From the NCBI GenBank assembly GCA_964016885.1, contig OZ024743.1, positions 155,062,001 to 155,126,000 on the forward strand: a stretch of DNA of 64,000 bases. Direction: 5' to 3'. The notes under the pieces are model-generated. The model was not told where the DNA came from, did not search any database, and saw nothing but the letters and a program-made list of their open reading frames with translations. The DNA comes from Eledone cirrhosa. Taxonomy: Eukaryota. The position numbers and the translations under genes are program-made. Below are positions 42,859 through 57,427 of the stretch, piece by piece; position 1 is the stretch's first letter, and every line of letters starts with the position of its first letter.

Positions 42859-45642
42859 AGAAGAAGTTTATGAAATGGAAATGCGGGTATAAAGAATTTA
42901 TTAGGTAACAATTGTTTCTATAGTGTATGGGTCACCTATACCTCGCTATTTGAATAATATAAAAATATTATCATAAACCGAAGGTACACATTAAAACAAA
43001 CACAGCATGTCGTCAGACCTTTGTATTGGAATGATATGCAAATATTTTATACACTAGATAAAAGAGAAAGAAGGAGGTAGGAAGAGAAGGGGAAGTGGGA
43101 AGTGAGTAAGGTGGAAGGAGTCCTAGGATTTAAGACTGTCAGACTAGTAGAGATTGTAAGGAGAGAATGTTTTGGCAGCAGTTAGCTTAATGAGGCGTGT
43201 TAGGGTTGGCGGGGGAGGTAAATTCTTCTAGTGGTGTTGTTCGGACAAAATTCAGTTAAAGGGGTCAAAGTGGTACAGAGTTACAGACACGTTATAGGGG
43301 CTATTATAGTAGCAGGTTATTTCTAAAGGTGTCCAGAAAACAGTGTTTAGTACTATTATTATAGAAAGCCATATCTTGTGTATAATCATATAAAACAGAA
43401 ATTTGCAAACGGTGGTGTAAAAAAGGTAACATTATATGCATTTTAAAAAAGAAAAAGTCGTTTTAAAACGATTGTTACAGTATAGTGAACGTTCAATTTT
43501 GCTGTTCAAAAGTTTGTTTACCGACGTTAAAATGCAGTATATCTCCGAATTGCATAATTTGCAGAATCGATGATTTTTCTTATATGCAGGCGCAGCTGCA
43601 ATAATTTGCCAATCAAGGGAGAATGCTTGATTGTTCCTCCGGAGCTGCCAGGCTTTATCGGCGAGGGTTGTTACGGAGCGCATTTTCTCGTGCCTGATCG
43701 AAGATCGATGTTGGTATAGGCGAGCTTTGAAAGAAGTTGCGGTACATCCGACGTAATACCATTTGTTGGTTCCGGAATTTATTGTACATCGGTAGACAAT
43801 ATTGCGTGCTAGGCACTGGTTATTCAGTGGGAACGTACCTGGTTTGGTGCAGTTACAATTATTTTTATGTTTTGCAGTAGAATCCTGGATTGTTTGGTGG
43901 GATTGTAGTTGCGTGTTAGTGCGTTGTATGTTGCTATGCTGGTGACTGAGTCATTAGGGATGTACTTATTTAGTATTGCTGAGTTGAGTTTTTTAATTAG
44001 TTGTTCTATGTTAGGTGCAGTGGAGTATGAGAGTCTAATGGTGCGCAAGTTAAAGATTTTATAGTATTTATGTGAAGTTGTAAAGTGTTTATTGATTAGT
44101 GTATAGAATTATGAGATAATCTTAGTGCTAATAGAAGTATTGTACACGGGGTTATACCATATGTACTCTCTACGTCTGACTCTATTTGCTGGTTTGCACC
44201 TATTATTATGCCTATTGATGTGTGTGTGTGGTGCAATACTAGTTCGACTTAGATGTGTTTTATTCATAGTACTTATGTGGTTATCGTCTAGATATTCTAT
44301 TTTCTCGCAGTAACCAGCTTTTCTAAGTGCGTCATTATAATATTCAGCATGCTCGTTGAAGGTCTGCAAATTAGACGACAGTCGGGAGATCCTTATGGAT
44401 ATATTTTTAGGGATAGATTTAACAATGTAATGGGGATGGTTCGATTTTACATTAACGTACTTGAGATTGTCATTAAGTTTGTGAAATGGCTCTATATTAC
44501 CGTTATTAAGGTTGAAGGTGACATCCAAGAAGGTGACCACCTTAAGATTGTGTTCGAAGGTAATATTAAACCCTAGTTCTAAGAAAAGTTTCCTAATGTT
44601 TTTACGTCGCCTTTCTAGGTTTTGTTTGTTCATATTCTTGACTAATAGAAGTGTATCGTCGCGGTATATTCCGCCGTGGAGGTCCGTAAATTCGCTCTGG
44701 AGTCTGTGGGCTATATAGATCCCAACCAGATTCGTGACCTCCGCTGAATCATTAGAACCCATCGTCATGTCGAATTCTGATGGTCTATCTCTGCGGACCC
44801 AATAACTATTTTCAAAGTGCACTACTGTGCGTCTAGTTTCAAGTATAATATTAATTTCCTCGTTTGTGAGGTCCGAGTTAGTCTTAGCGAAAGAGAGGGC
44901 CTTATGCAGGGTTTCGGGTGAAATAGAGGAATAGTATTCATCTATATCGAATTGAATAAAAGAAGACTTGTTTTTGTCCCTAATGTTATTGAACCATCTT
45001 ATTGCCTGATGAGTATTACCCCATAATTTAATATCTACCTTAGCCTTAACTTGGGGGATAATACGATCTAATATGTACTTACTGATTCTACCTATATCGG
45101 ACTTTGAAGGAGATATTAATTTAATGTTAGGGTTAGTATCGAAGTTATCCTTATGGTCCTTTAGATTAAAAGTCGGTGTAGCTGGAGATAGGGGTACCGT
45201 TCTGTCGTCAATTTTCAGTTTCTTAACAATATCAGATGCTGCGTTATTAATGTTGGTTAGTGTAGTTGCGTTTGTTTTTTTTGTACTTCCTATGTAATTC
45301 CTTACGTATAAAATTATTATATGTTTCTACATCCAGGGTGTATAGATTCGATGTTTTGTCTGCTTTATGATAATTCCTTTGGTATTCCTTAGGTTGTCGA
45401 GTAGAGTTTTAATATCTCGTTGCAATTCGTTTTTCCTCCCGTTTGTAAATTTGATTCCGGTTAAAATTGAAACAATTGTAACCTAATAAATTCTTTATAC
45501 CTGCATTTCCATTTCATAAACTTCTCCATATTTTCTCCGGATTTTAAAACACACTTTATTATACGTTGAACAATCTCTGACGTCGGTTGACTCCATCCAA
45601 TGCAACTACTTAGTAACTTTGGAATACAAATTTACTAATTCT
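42855..45642 (-). mobile_element. PLE family F: RT + GIY-YIG (43432-45465, frameshifted), 3' UTR with HHR 42903-43020, inverted terminus at 45468-45642
   Basis: LKDHKDNF, FIQFDI, FDMTMGSNDSAEVTNLVG, GIYRDD, FLDVTFNL, YYVGCTATSFKARLYQH, CKLC; aggt-CTGACGA-91 nt-GAAA-caattg-TT-acct. Confidence 0.92.
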
Positions 45643-45825
45643 ATATATATATATATATTTCCCACTGGTTTGAGAGTTCATCGTTTTCCAAATTCTATTC
45701 CAGTTGTATTGGGAGATACGTTAACATCATAATATATCATCCAATTAATATACTCACTTTACTACCAATTTATTAATGACATCCCTACCTTCGTTATTTG
45801 TATATCACACTGTCAGAGTATTAAT

Positions 45826-46090
45826 TAATTGTTTCTACTGTTGGCACAAGGCCAGCAATTACCCAGTGTAATACTGCTATTTTATTCTATCGACCCAGTA
45901 AGGATGAACATCAAAGTTAACCTCGGCCGGATTTGAATTCAGAATGGCAAGGGCCGTAACTCAATGCGTCAAAGCATGGCGTCCGACCCTCTACCGATAC
46001 TGCCAATCCAGCGCCCTCAAGATAATTGTTTCTACGTTTGGCACAAGGCACCCAGTAAGGATGAATGGCAAAGCTAATCTCGGCGGGATT
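45826..46090 (-). mobile_element. SINE plus an adjacent internally deleted SINE fragment
   Basis: Reverse complement of the SINE consensus. Confidence 0.8.
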
Positions 46091-46553
46091 AAATATTGTT
46101 TGTCAGTTTGGCTCAATCCTTCAATAATGAATCAATAATACGAATACTGTAAAATAGACCTAACTTTTAACGAACCCCCATTGGAAACTGCTAGGTTCTC
46201 CCTAATTAAGAAGCATAAATATATGTCTCACTATATAAAGGATGTAAGCTGCAACTCAAAAATAAATGTTGATAGAAACAAAACGAGTGAACTAACATAT
46301 TATATAGTAAAAAGTGTGTGGCTCTTTTATTGCAGTCACATAATATGTTCGTTGATAATGTAGCGTAAATTCACGTGAAAGGAAGTATCTATTGTAATTT
46401 GGAGGTTCAGCACCTCTAATTACTTCAAACAGAGACGTAGATATAAGTCAACATAAATCGTTGTGCATCATTATCAAAGGTATTTCAGCAAAAGAAGATA
46501 AATAGTACACACACACACATAAACACACATACACACACACACACTCACATGCG

Positions 46554-46591
<38 letters not shown>

Positions 46592-47153
46592 ATCTAGACC
46601 AATAAATCTGAGCTCTTCTTTACCGAAATGTCTGTTGCAAAACAAAAACAAATGACCTTTATCATACTGAATACAGTTACATTAAACGAGTATTTCCTAC
46701 TACTTGTAAGTATTTATTGAAATACTCTGTCTACAAGAAGATAAACGTGAGAGGATATACAGCCAAGTCTTACATTGTTTAATCTAGAAATAAAATCTTG
46801 ACAGCAGGTCAAAGAGATATATGCCATTAATTACCATAAGTCTTTGTTAATTTCTAATATTTACAAAGTTCAGTTACCATTTCACCTTTCCAATATTCCC
46901 CATCAAATTCGGAGCATTGTGATATATGAAACATTCGTTTCTTGTAACATATTAACTTCTACAGAATTAATTGATCAACATCTCATGTTCTGCGGTACTA
47001 CAAATTCTCTTTCTCTCTAAGTCACAACCCGATTCTTTACATTGCTTTTCAATCTGGCAATTTATCTAAAAACACACAAACACACACATACATATACACA
47101 CACATACATACACACACATATATATATATTGTATATATATGTGCCTGTGTCTA

Positions 47154-47217
<64 letters not shown>

Positions 47218-47277
47218 AATATTATTTTTCTTTTAATAAAAAGGTAAGATGTCCTACATGGGTGAAAGTATCATGAA

Positions 47278-47518
47278 AAGAAACCGAAAATGCAACTGAA
47301 GTTTTTTAAAGAATATTTACTTATTTCATTTACCGGTTTCCCAGTTCTTACGCTTTTCAAAGGTAGAATTGAGATGGGGACGGGTTCTCAGTTACACGAG
47401 AAAATCAACAAACCCTTCATTTCAATTCTACTTTTGAAAAGCATAAAAACTCGGAAACCAGTAAAGGAAATAAATAAATATTCTTTAAAAAAACCAGTTG
47501 CATGTTCGTATTCTTTTC
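47278..47518. repeat. Imperfect ~100-bp inverted repeat (fold-back)
   Basis: atgcaactg..ttttttaaagaatattta..ttttcaaaggtagaattga mirrored at 47417-47518. Confidence 0.8.
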
Positions 47519-47662
47519 CTCATTTATTTATATAATATTCTTACTGACTATAGTCCGGTTAAATCACAGATCGTGGGTGTATATTTGCGTTTCAGGGGCA
47601 GGTTATTTACATAACTACACTTCATACCACCAACTAAAACCACCAACTATAATATAATCACG

Positions 47663-47732
<70 letters not shown>

Positions 47733-47746
47733 TTATTTTCCTTTTT

Positions 47747-47778
<32 letters not shown>

Positions 47779-47783
<5 letters not shown>

Positions 47784-48310
47784 AACGAGTAGGGCCCCAA
47801 CGGCTGAGCTCAGGCCGTTTCGACGGCTAATTCCAGAATTAGCCGTCGAAACGGCTTGAGCTCAGCCGTCGGGGTCCTACTCGTTCCTATTACCCACTCT
47901 ACTACCATAGGTAATCAGTACTTCGGTGCGTTATGGTACACCTGGTTCCTTAGCACATTTCCTTCGTTATATATATAGCTATATTACTTGGGCATCCACT
48001 GATGAGTTTATAAGAGCCCGCTTGTGTATAAAACTATGGATTATATACAAGTTTCTACATAATCTTGAAATTATTTATCCCAAATTGTAGAAATCTTATA
48101 AGGAAACGGCCGTCTGGAAGGAAAGAGATATTTATTTAATAATGTCTGATATAAAATAATACAACCGGCTATCAACGCAATACTGATTAGTTGGCACCCC
48201 GAACACTAAATTGGGATAATACTTAGGTATATTCTAATGTTTGTTGAGTTAGATGGAGTTGGTCGTAGTATCGCTTAAAGCTTTCTCTGTTTATATAGTG
48301 TATATATATA
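47779..48310 (+). mobile_element. TA-flanked element starting with a ~53-bp-arm hairpin (47779-47890) and containing an HHR with branched stem II (47995-48118)
   Basis: tcca-CTGATGA-97 nt-GAAA-cggccg-TC-tgga; hairpin arm also seen at ~50002-50053. Confidence 0.75.
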
Positions 48311-49328
48311 TATATATTGAAAAAAGGAAAAGAATGACTTCACTTGAAGTTATAAATTTAATAACATTTTGACATTGTGATTTTACACTTTGGTTTGCTA
48401 GTTCTAGTAAGTTCTGTGTTAATTTCGGTGGGTAGATCTCTTTAAAGATTCTTCTTTAACTTTCCTAGAAAACTTGCTCCCATTCATCGAGACAAAGAAC
48501 GGAAACAAAACAACTTGAAAAACACATTTTTATGGGGAAACCTTAAAATATTTTTTTTAAATAAAAACAGACACGATGGACACAAATAAATATTATGTAC
48601 TCGGGTAGTTTCGACCCCTGCCAATGTTACTGGGGATTCAACCTTTGTCACATAGTCTGACATTTACCATACATTGTCCAGTGGAGTATGTGATTGGAGA
48701 TGAAACGTTAAGCTATAGCAATGAAGCTACAAAACATATAGCATTTCTTGTGATGACAAGGAAAATGTGTGGTGCTTCAAAGCACGAGAGACATAAAGGA
48801 AACAGAAAAAAAGGAGGAAAAGTGAAAGGAGGAAACAATCAACGATAAGCAATCAATATATCGTGTTAAAATTATAAATTGTTGCAACAAATATGGGGTC
48901 AAATGATAAGCATGTTAGTCAAAGAGAGGACAATGAATGGAAATAAGGCAAATTAAAAACAATTTTTATGGGGAAACCTTGAAAAATATTTTTTTCAAAA
49001 TATAGATACAAACAAAGGAGACTGAATCCCATCGGCCGTTGAAATGTATATGGGTAGCTTCGACCCCCACCAACGTTATTGCTTGTGCATCCGAGGTCAC
49101 AGCGTCTGGCAGAAGCCACATCTCAGCCGTGTTTATGCATCCATGTTGCAAAATGTATATATGGCAATGAGTATTTGGTTATTGGGCTACTCATGTACTC
49201 TCAACCACTGAAGGTTAAGTTAACCAGGATTAGCACCGACCGAATGAGCTTCATCGAAATAGGCGCGATGATACGTTGTTAAATCAATATACATTAAATG
49301 TGGGCCTAGAATTCGGTATGTGTATATA

Positions 49329-49446
<118 letters not shown>

Positions 49447-49545
49447 ATCTGTGGTTTTTCTGAACCATTGAGCACTCGCCACACATTTCGAAGGTTGTTT
49501 TTCCTTATTTCATAGGCCGAAATACGATTCTCGATAATTTATATT

Positions 49546-49703
<158 letters not shown>

Positions 49704-50970
49704 AGGAAGTAAGTCCATAGAATCATTTGATAAAATATATACACTATTTCCTCTCTCAATCAGCATAATCAAACACATAAAAAATCAATTAAACGAGGCT
49801 ATAAGTTTAAAATGTACTTATAAATAAATAATAGATAAATAAATGATATCTTTTTATCCGCGATCCACAGCCACAGAAGATTTACTTAGTATTTCTGATA
49901 GCCTGTAGAAATTGACTAGACATATAGTTAACTATACACAATTAGATACAAAATCGAAGGTAGAAGAAAACATGTACATAAACATACCAATATCATGTCT
50001 GAAATAGCCGTCGAAAGGCTTGAGCTCTGCCGTTGGGGTGATACTTTTTCCTATATATAATATATATATATATATATAAGAAGCACGCATATAATCACAA
50101 CATCGAATTAATAATTATTTACTCTAACATACCACATATATTATGTCTAGAAGCAGTCAATTACTTGGCACAAAAATGGTACATTATATAAATGAACGTT
50201 TCAAAATGTATTTCATCATAACATGCCTGCAACTATTATTAGAAATAACACGCATATATTTTTGCGCGCCTATGTGTAAAGGGAGTCAAAGAAGAAAACT
50301 TATATAGTGAATTATAAATGACTCACTGTATTCTTATCGGAAAGTCCAAATGCTTTCAGGATAACTGTTCCATTCTTTAAACTAACCAAAATGTGAAGTA
50401 CACATATCTTACAACAATTTAGATTCTCTCCAGTCATCCATTATATTCAGTATATAATCCACTCAGTAGGAAGTATTATTTGGGGGAACACTCCCATATA
50501 TTGTGTCAATCCAGAATTACATCTAGAGTTGCCATAGTTCACACACCATATGGAAGATGGTAAGTAGATATATCAAAGCTTACGACTTCTAAACACCTAC
50601 ACAAATATATTGCCAGACGAATTATCCAACAGATCTGTCAAATGAATTCTGTGTAGGCATTGGTATTCATAAGCGTCGACTTATATTGACATAAACTGAC
50701 CAAAATATTCTCATGGAATAACCAAATGAGGTTTAGTGTTTCATATAATCATCGCAAAGAAACGATGCATTTAATAATTAGAATAGTTAAAATTAATGCA
50801 TCGCTCTAACATTACTCCTTCAGAGTCAGCCTATCGACCTTTCAGCTGAATGTGCGTATCTATGTTTATGAATATGTATATTGAATGCATACAAGCGCAT
50901 ATACACGTACACCTCACACACACAAATATATACACGCACGCACACACACACACACATATATATATATATA

Positions 50971-51864
50971 AATTAATAAAATAATGAATAAACAAAGAAA
51001 CAGTTCCTTATATTAAACAAATTCATCATTTTACGATCGTTTCTAGGATATATATGTGTTAGAGTTGGTATGCATATTCTATAGATCTATGTACAATATT
51101 TGTACAAACTATCAGAGGGAATATACATACCTACACATATATATGCTTTCTTCAGAAATAATGATATTTGTTTATTGAAAAAAACAAAGATTCAATACAA
51201 TAGGTCTGTTTGGGACAGGTTTTGAATTGACCAATAGAGAGATAGTGAGGGTCAGGATAGTAATATAGTAGTAGAAGAACCTTAAATTATGGGTAGAGGA
51301 AGGTAGATTTCAGTTTTGGATGGAAAAGAATATTATGAATGAAGGATTATTTTAGGGAAGAAATAGGTCTTATTTAAGAAATAATTTTATTTGTTCATTG
51401 AATAAAACCAACAAAGATCTAATATATTCTGTCTGTATGGTAAGAGCTTTAGAATTAACCAATAGAAAGTTAATAATTGGCCAAATGGTAAAATAGTAGT
51501 AATTGAAGCTTATTTTAGGGGTGAAAATAGGTCAGGTGGTCAGTAAAAGGTATACAAGCAGTTGCTGTTATGAAATAGTAATGCCAATACAAATATCTAA
51601 GGTGACTAAAGTTTTAAGATAAGAATGTTAGTGAAAAAAATACATCTATGAAAAGAATATAAATTAATTTAATTGATGGGTATAATTTATATTGATAAAA
51701 TTATACTAATACATATAGATATGATAAATAAGTGTTAGATGCAGTTGAAAAGTGCTGTTAAAGATGAGGGGAAATTAAAGAATATAAAAATAATATATAT
51801 ATATATATACGTATATATATATATATATATATACCTATATATATATACACATATATATACGCAT

Positions 51865-51912
<48 letters not shown>

Positions 51913-53856
51913 TTACATATACATATATATATACATATGTATACACAACACACATATATATATATATACACATATATACACACATATACATATATATATA
52001 TATATATACATAGATATATACATGCATATATACATACATACACATACACAAACACACACATATAGACTTATATATACATATAATTATTGGGGGGGGGGTT
52101 AAATTTATTAGTGAGAAATAGTAAATATATATAGTTTTCATGGAACATAGAGTCATAACCTGAAGTTAAAGCATTATATATGTTTACTTAATGGTATCAG
52201 TTTTAGGAAATGATATTTGTAAGAAGGAAAGCAAAATTATGTAGTTCATCAGTAGTAGAATTTTAATTATAGGTTAACTAAATTAAAAATAATTTATAAA
52301 TTAATTTCTAAAGTGTATATTAATTAGGTTTATAATATTTAAAGGTTTTATAATATTTAAAGGTTTTTCTCAGTTTATGATTACACGATATTATTAATTG
52401 CTGATCAGAGTTCAAATCTCGCCGAGGTTGACTTTGCCTTTCATCCTTACGTGGTCGATAAAATAAAGTACCAGTAATGCACTGCGTAATTGCTGGCCTT
52501 GTGCCCAAAGTAGAAACAATTATAAATTCCTGTCGCGGTAGATTGGCAGTATCGGTACAGGGACGGACGCCATGCTTTCCAGCATAGTTACGTCCCTTTA
52601 CGATCTGAGTTCAAATCCCGCCGAGGTTGACTTTGCCTTTCATCCTTACGGGGTCGATAAAATTAAGTACCAGTAATGCACTGGATAATTTCTGGCCTTG
52701 TGCCTAAAGTAGAAACAATTATTAATTCCTGTCGCTTGTTTAATAGGATATCCTTAGATTTCATTATTTCAAAAAGTTCTTGGGAACATAATCTACATTC
52801 ATTTCTACTATTTTGATATGGGGTGGCCCTTTTGAGCACACTCCAGGTCAGGTCATAATCTATATTCCTCTTTCTATATCTATTTATTATTTCAGCTAGA
52901 GATGTTGTATTAGCTAGTGCGGCATTTTTGAAACTATGTTTGGGGGTATTAAATCTCACCTTAAATTTGTTAGAGGTAGCTCCTATATATGAATAAATTG
53001 AGTCATTAGTGTTAACTTTACATTTATATACTATGTTATTAACAAGGCAATTTCCTTTTAATGGACAGTTTGCCTTGTTTCTACAGTTACAACTTTTCGT
53101 GAATCCTGTATCTGAGGAGATATTATGGTTAGTTTGATGTACTGGTGGTATACTCATGGTTTTTTTTACATTTATATGCATTATAGGCACTTATATTTTG
53201 TTTTATGTTTTTGGTTGTTGAATAGGAGAATTTAACCGTTGATCTATTTAAGATTTTATGGTATTTGTGGTTTGGCGGGAAGTTTTCTTTAGGATATTAA
53301 TGAATTTTTTAGGTATATTATCCTTAAGTTGTAAATTAAATGGAGCATTGTACCAAGTAACTCGTCTATTACGGTTTCGATGTTGTTTATTGTTTTTATA
53401 GGATGCATCCTGATGTTTATTAAAATAATTATTGTTAATTACCTCACCACACATATTTTTAGTTAGAATTATTGATTTAGGTGTTTTAGCTTGTTTATTA
53501 GGAGTTTTATTATTAACATTTCTTAGAGTTGTAGGATGAGTAGTTTTTTGAGAGTTACTATACTGTATATTAGAAGAGTTAGAGAAATTTGGTTTTATGT
53601 TGGTGTGTTGGGGTATAGTGTGATTGGCATTTAGGTGTGTATGTTTCATTTGATGTTTCTTGGTAATATTAGGTTGTATGTTTGTAGTGTTATTGGTAGA
53701 AGGTATATATACTAATCTATTTTTGTGGCCACTTCTAGCTAGAGCTTCGTTATAAGAGGTCGCATTTTTATCAAATACATCTTGGTTATATGAAAGGTTA
53801 GACATTCTAAGTGATATATTATATGCAAGGTTTTTAAGGATAGATTTAGGGTGATT
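50971..53856 (-). mobile_element. PLE family E, 5'-truncated (thumb, linker, GIY-YIG), interrupted by two SINEs
   Basis: YNEALARSGH, TWYNAPFN, CNCRNKANCPLKGNC, NIVY..YIGATSNKFKVRFN, CRLC; HHR 51023-51164. Confidence 0.9.
52405..52723 (+). mobile_element. Two tandem SINE insertions (52405-52523 truncated; 52537-52723 full length)
   Basis: 12-bp TSD aattcctgtcgc at 52525-52536 and 52724-52735. Confidence 0.9.
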
Positions 53857-53872
53857 AGATTGTGAGTGTATC

Positions 53873-53926
<54 letters not shown>

Positions 53927-54593
53927 TGCATATATATATATACGTGCGTGTCTGTAGTGTGTGTGTATGTGTATCGGGCTGATTGAGTCACACGTTTCCA
54001 TCATTTTGTATGTGTATTTGTATACATGTAGGTGTGCTTCTGATTGTGCTATTATATACATATAACCTACATTGTTACAATTCTGCACTTACAGATAACT
54101 TTATTTGCATATAAATCTTCATTCTATCTTTATTTTCATACAATGTAATACAGAAGCCACCATTTTCAAATAAGGAACAGGAAACCATATATAATCAGGT
54201 TTCCGACAAGCAACGCTACCAGACTAAAAGATTAGCTAACATATTGAAGTTTATGCCACTTTTTTTATTTCAGAAAATAAATCTTAAACTATGTTCATAC
54301 GCGATATATTTACTGTGGGTGTGGATGTCCTTTGCATTGATATTTATATTCAATTTAATCATCTATTATATCATGTTCATAATTACAATACATAATAACA
54401 GGTAGTGTAATGGAATCGCTTTAAATACGTGAGAATATGACATTTATGTTTAGATGCTTATAGTATTGGTGTGAAAATGAACGACATTAAATAACTCCCA
54501 GAAAGAAAGAGAAAGAATACTGATAACATATTAATTGTCCCTATTGTGTTTGGAAATGAAGTGATATTTGTTGTAACTTGCTAATAAGTAAAT

Positions 54594-54893
54594 AATCGTT
54601 TCTACTTTTGGCACAACACAAGCAATTACTCCAGTACATTACTGGTACTTTATGTTATTGACCACGTAAGGATGAAAGACAAAGTTAGGCTCGGCGGGAT
54701 TTGAACTTGGAACATAAAGGGCCATAACACTATGCTGAAATATATGCTGGCTGATGCTCTACCGATACTGCCACTCCACCTCATAAGCAAATAATTTTGT
54801 CTACATTAGGCACAAGGCCAGCAATCACCCAGTACATTACTGGTACTTTATTTTATCGACCCCGTAAGCATGAAAGGCAAAGTTAACCTTGGC
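54594..54893 (-). mobile_element. Two adjacent SINE copies
   Basis: Reverse complement of the SINE consensus, 54594-54782 and 54791-54893. Confidence 0.82.
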
Positions 54894-55375
54894 GTAAATA
54901 ACCTCATAAGTAAATAATATCCACATGTTACTAACGTAAACGGAATCTAATTTACGTTTCTTCATATTCTGCATTTAATTTCAAGTAATTGTTGCTGGCT
55001 GACACAATCGGATACCCACACATTCAATGAAAATGTTTTTCCCACAATTGTGTGTTGGTGTGCGAGTGCACGCGTGTTTGTGTATGTGTGTGTATGTGTG
55101 TACCATTAGATACACATTTGTCACTTACCATCAACAAGTTGTTTATTCATCATCCAACAAGTGTTCGTTGCTTATCCTGAATCAGTCGATCACGTGATGT
55201 TTATACTTCATAATTATTTTGCACGATGGATGTATTGGTTTCACGATAAAAGTTATGAAAGTGTTATTAAACTGTTATATCCCTAACTTTGCAACATTAA
55301 AGTGACAATTTTTTCAAATATTACTATGGATTCACTATTAGTGATACATTTTATATATACGGTAATATATATATT

Positions 55376-55457
<82 letters not shown>

Positions 55458-55504
55458 TATACATACATATACATATATATATATATATATATAAATATAC
55501 ATAC

Positions 55505-55670
<166 letters not shown>

Positions 55671-55749
55671 CTTAGGGTAAACATTGATGCAATTCAATTC
55701 AAGTACTCGACGTACTTTTTCCTCATAGGAGTAACGGAGTAAATATCGA

Positions 55750-55976
55750 CTAAGTAAAAGCGAAGTAGTTTCAGATGTTCAAGTCCTTTAATAATAATGG
55801 TGTGATAGATATGTCAATGACAACACTGGCCACACTATTCTGTGTGCGAGTGCCGTGACATCATCAGACAGCTTGTTACATAATAAAGTTATGTAACAAG
55901 CTGTCTGATGATGTTACGACACTCGCACACAGAACAGTGTGGCCAGTGTCGTCATTGAAATATATATCACAGCATT
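55750..55976. ncRNA. Fold-back of the family D terminus; intact HHR at 55900-55973 (+), degenerate HHR at 55799-55872 (-)
   Basis: gctgt-CTGATGA-tgttacgacact...agtgtcgtcatt-GAAA-tatata-TC-acagc. Confidence 0.85.
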
Positions 55977-55983
55977 CTATATG

Positions 55984-56035
<52 letters not shown>

Positions 56036-56080
56036 TAAGGAAAACGAAAAATCAGTGATGCATCTGGACTTAATTTATTG

Positions 56081-56172
56081 CGTGTTACAATTGTTTCGCC
56101 GGCAGGTAGCTCGAGACAAGTTTCCTGTATGGATCTGGCTGATTCTACGGCTGCTAGGTTCTTTCAGACACG
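56081..56172 (-). ncRNA. Variant type I HHR (CTGAAAGA core), ~62-nt stem II
   Basis: cgtgt-CTGAAAGA-...-GAAA-caattg-TA-acacg, then caataaatt. Confidence 0.65.
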
Positions 56173-56802
56173 GGTATTTCGTTCGGAGCAAATGTTATCA
56201 ATGGGGTGTTATGATAAAAAAATCACCCCCAAAAAACCCTCTTCCACTCCTGTCATGCCATTGGCTGTTTTTACTCCACGTCCTGACAAGTTCTGCTCAG
56301 TATTTACTGCTACATAGGTCAGCAGCCATTTTCCGTCCGACACACTTCAATGGAGTCATGCTGGGTTCAGTATCTCACACGTCTGTTCACACTCCAGAGT
56401 AAGCACACGCACATATGAATATACACACACATGCAGACACAGACACGGTCGTGCATACACACACACGCATACATGCGTAGACATAATCCCCACATAAATA
56501 CATATATGTATATACACACACACACGTTCTCCCTCACTTCCATGGACCCAGTCACACCCACTTCTAGATACATATCGCCACAAGCCTTATAGCAGCTACT
56601 TAATTTGCGCCATATATCCGGTCGGACAAGCATGGCCTACGCAAACATACACATATACGCACACATAGGCGCGTACACATACACACGCACAACCATATAT
56701 ACATTTATAATATATACACACCCATACACACACATATATGCATACACACATACATACTTTTACATACATATACACACATATATATATACATATATATATA
56801 TA

Positions 56803-57372
56803 TAGAAAGAGAAAGATTTGAATGGATACAGTTTAGTTGAAAGGAATTTATTGACACGTGTTTCAATAACAGTTACATAACATGAAAATAGCTGCTATCT
56901 ACAAAGTATTAGTTATGCAGACATTCAATATTTCAATGTTATTATTTACTGTCATTTCATCAGAATAACATTACTGAGAACCTGTTTGGTTTTTATAGAG
57001 AATATTAGAATAACAGAATTGAACGAACATTATTCTGCCGTCACCGAACTAAAACCCTTTTTTCCCACTACAAGCCGAATATTACATAAAAGAGGGACAT
57101 CCCCCCAACTATATAAACCACAATCTAGTTAGAAAAATATAAAAACAATCTCTTCTCAATATATATATGTATATTAATAACCTCAACTTACGACACTAAT
57201 AATGGAAATATATGCTGATGGGAATAGGTGAAAAAATGCGATCATGAATGTGTCTAAAACCGACCATAAGTATGTATATATACGTGAAAATGTATATAAA
57301 TAAGTAAATATATGTATATGTTTGATGTGTATAGTTAGATGTATGTGTATTCATGTATTAAAGTGCTTATAC

Positions 57373-57427
<55 letters not shown>

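Noticed and set aside
48500-49090. Diverged direct repeat (tttatggggaaacctt..gggtag.ttcgacccc), possible DNA transposon relic
   Set aside because: No termini, TSD or transposase identifiable
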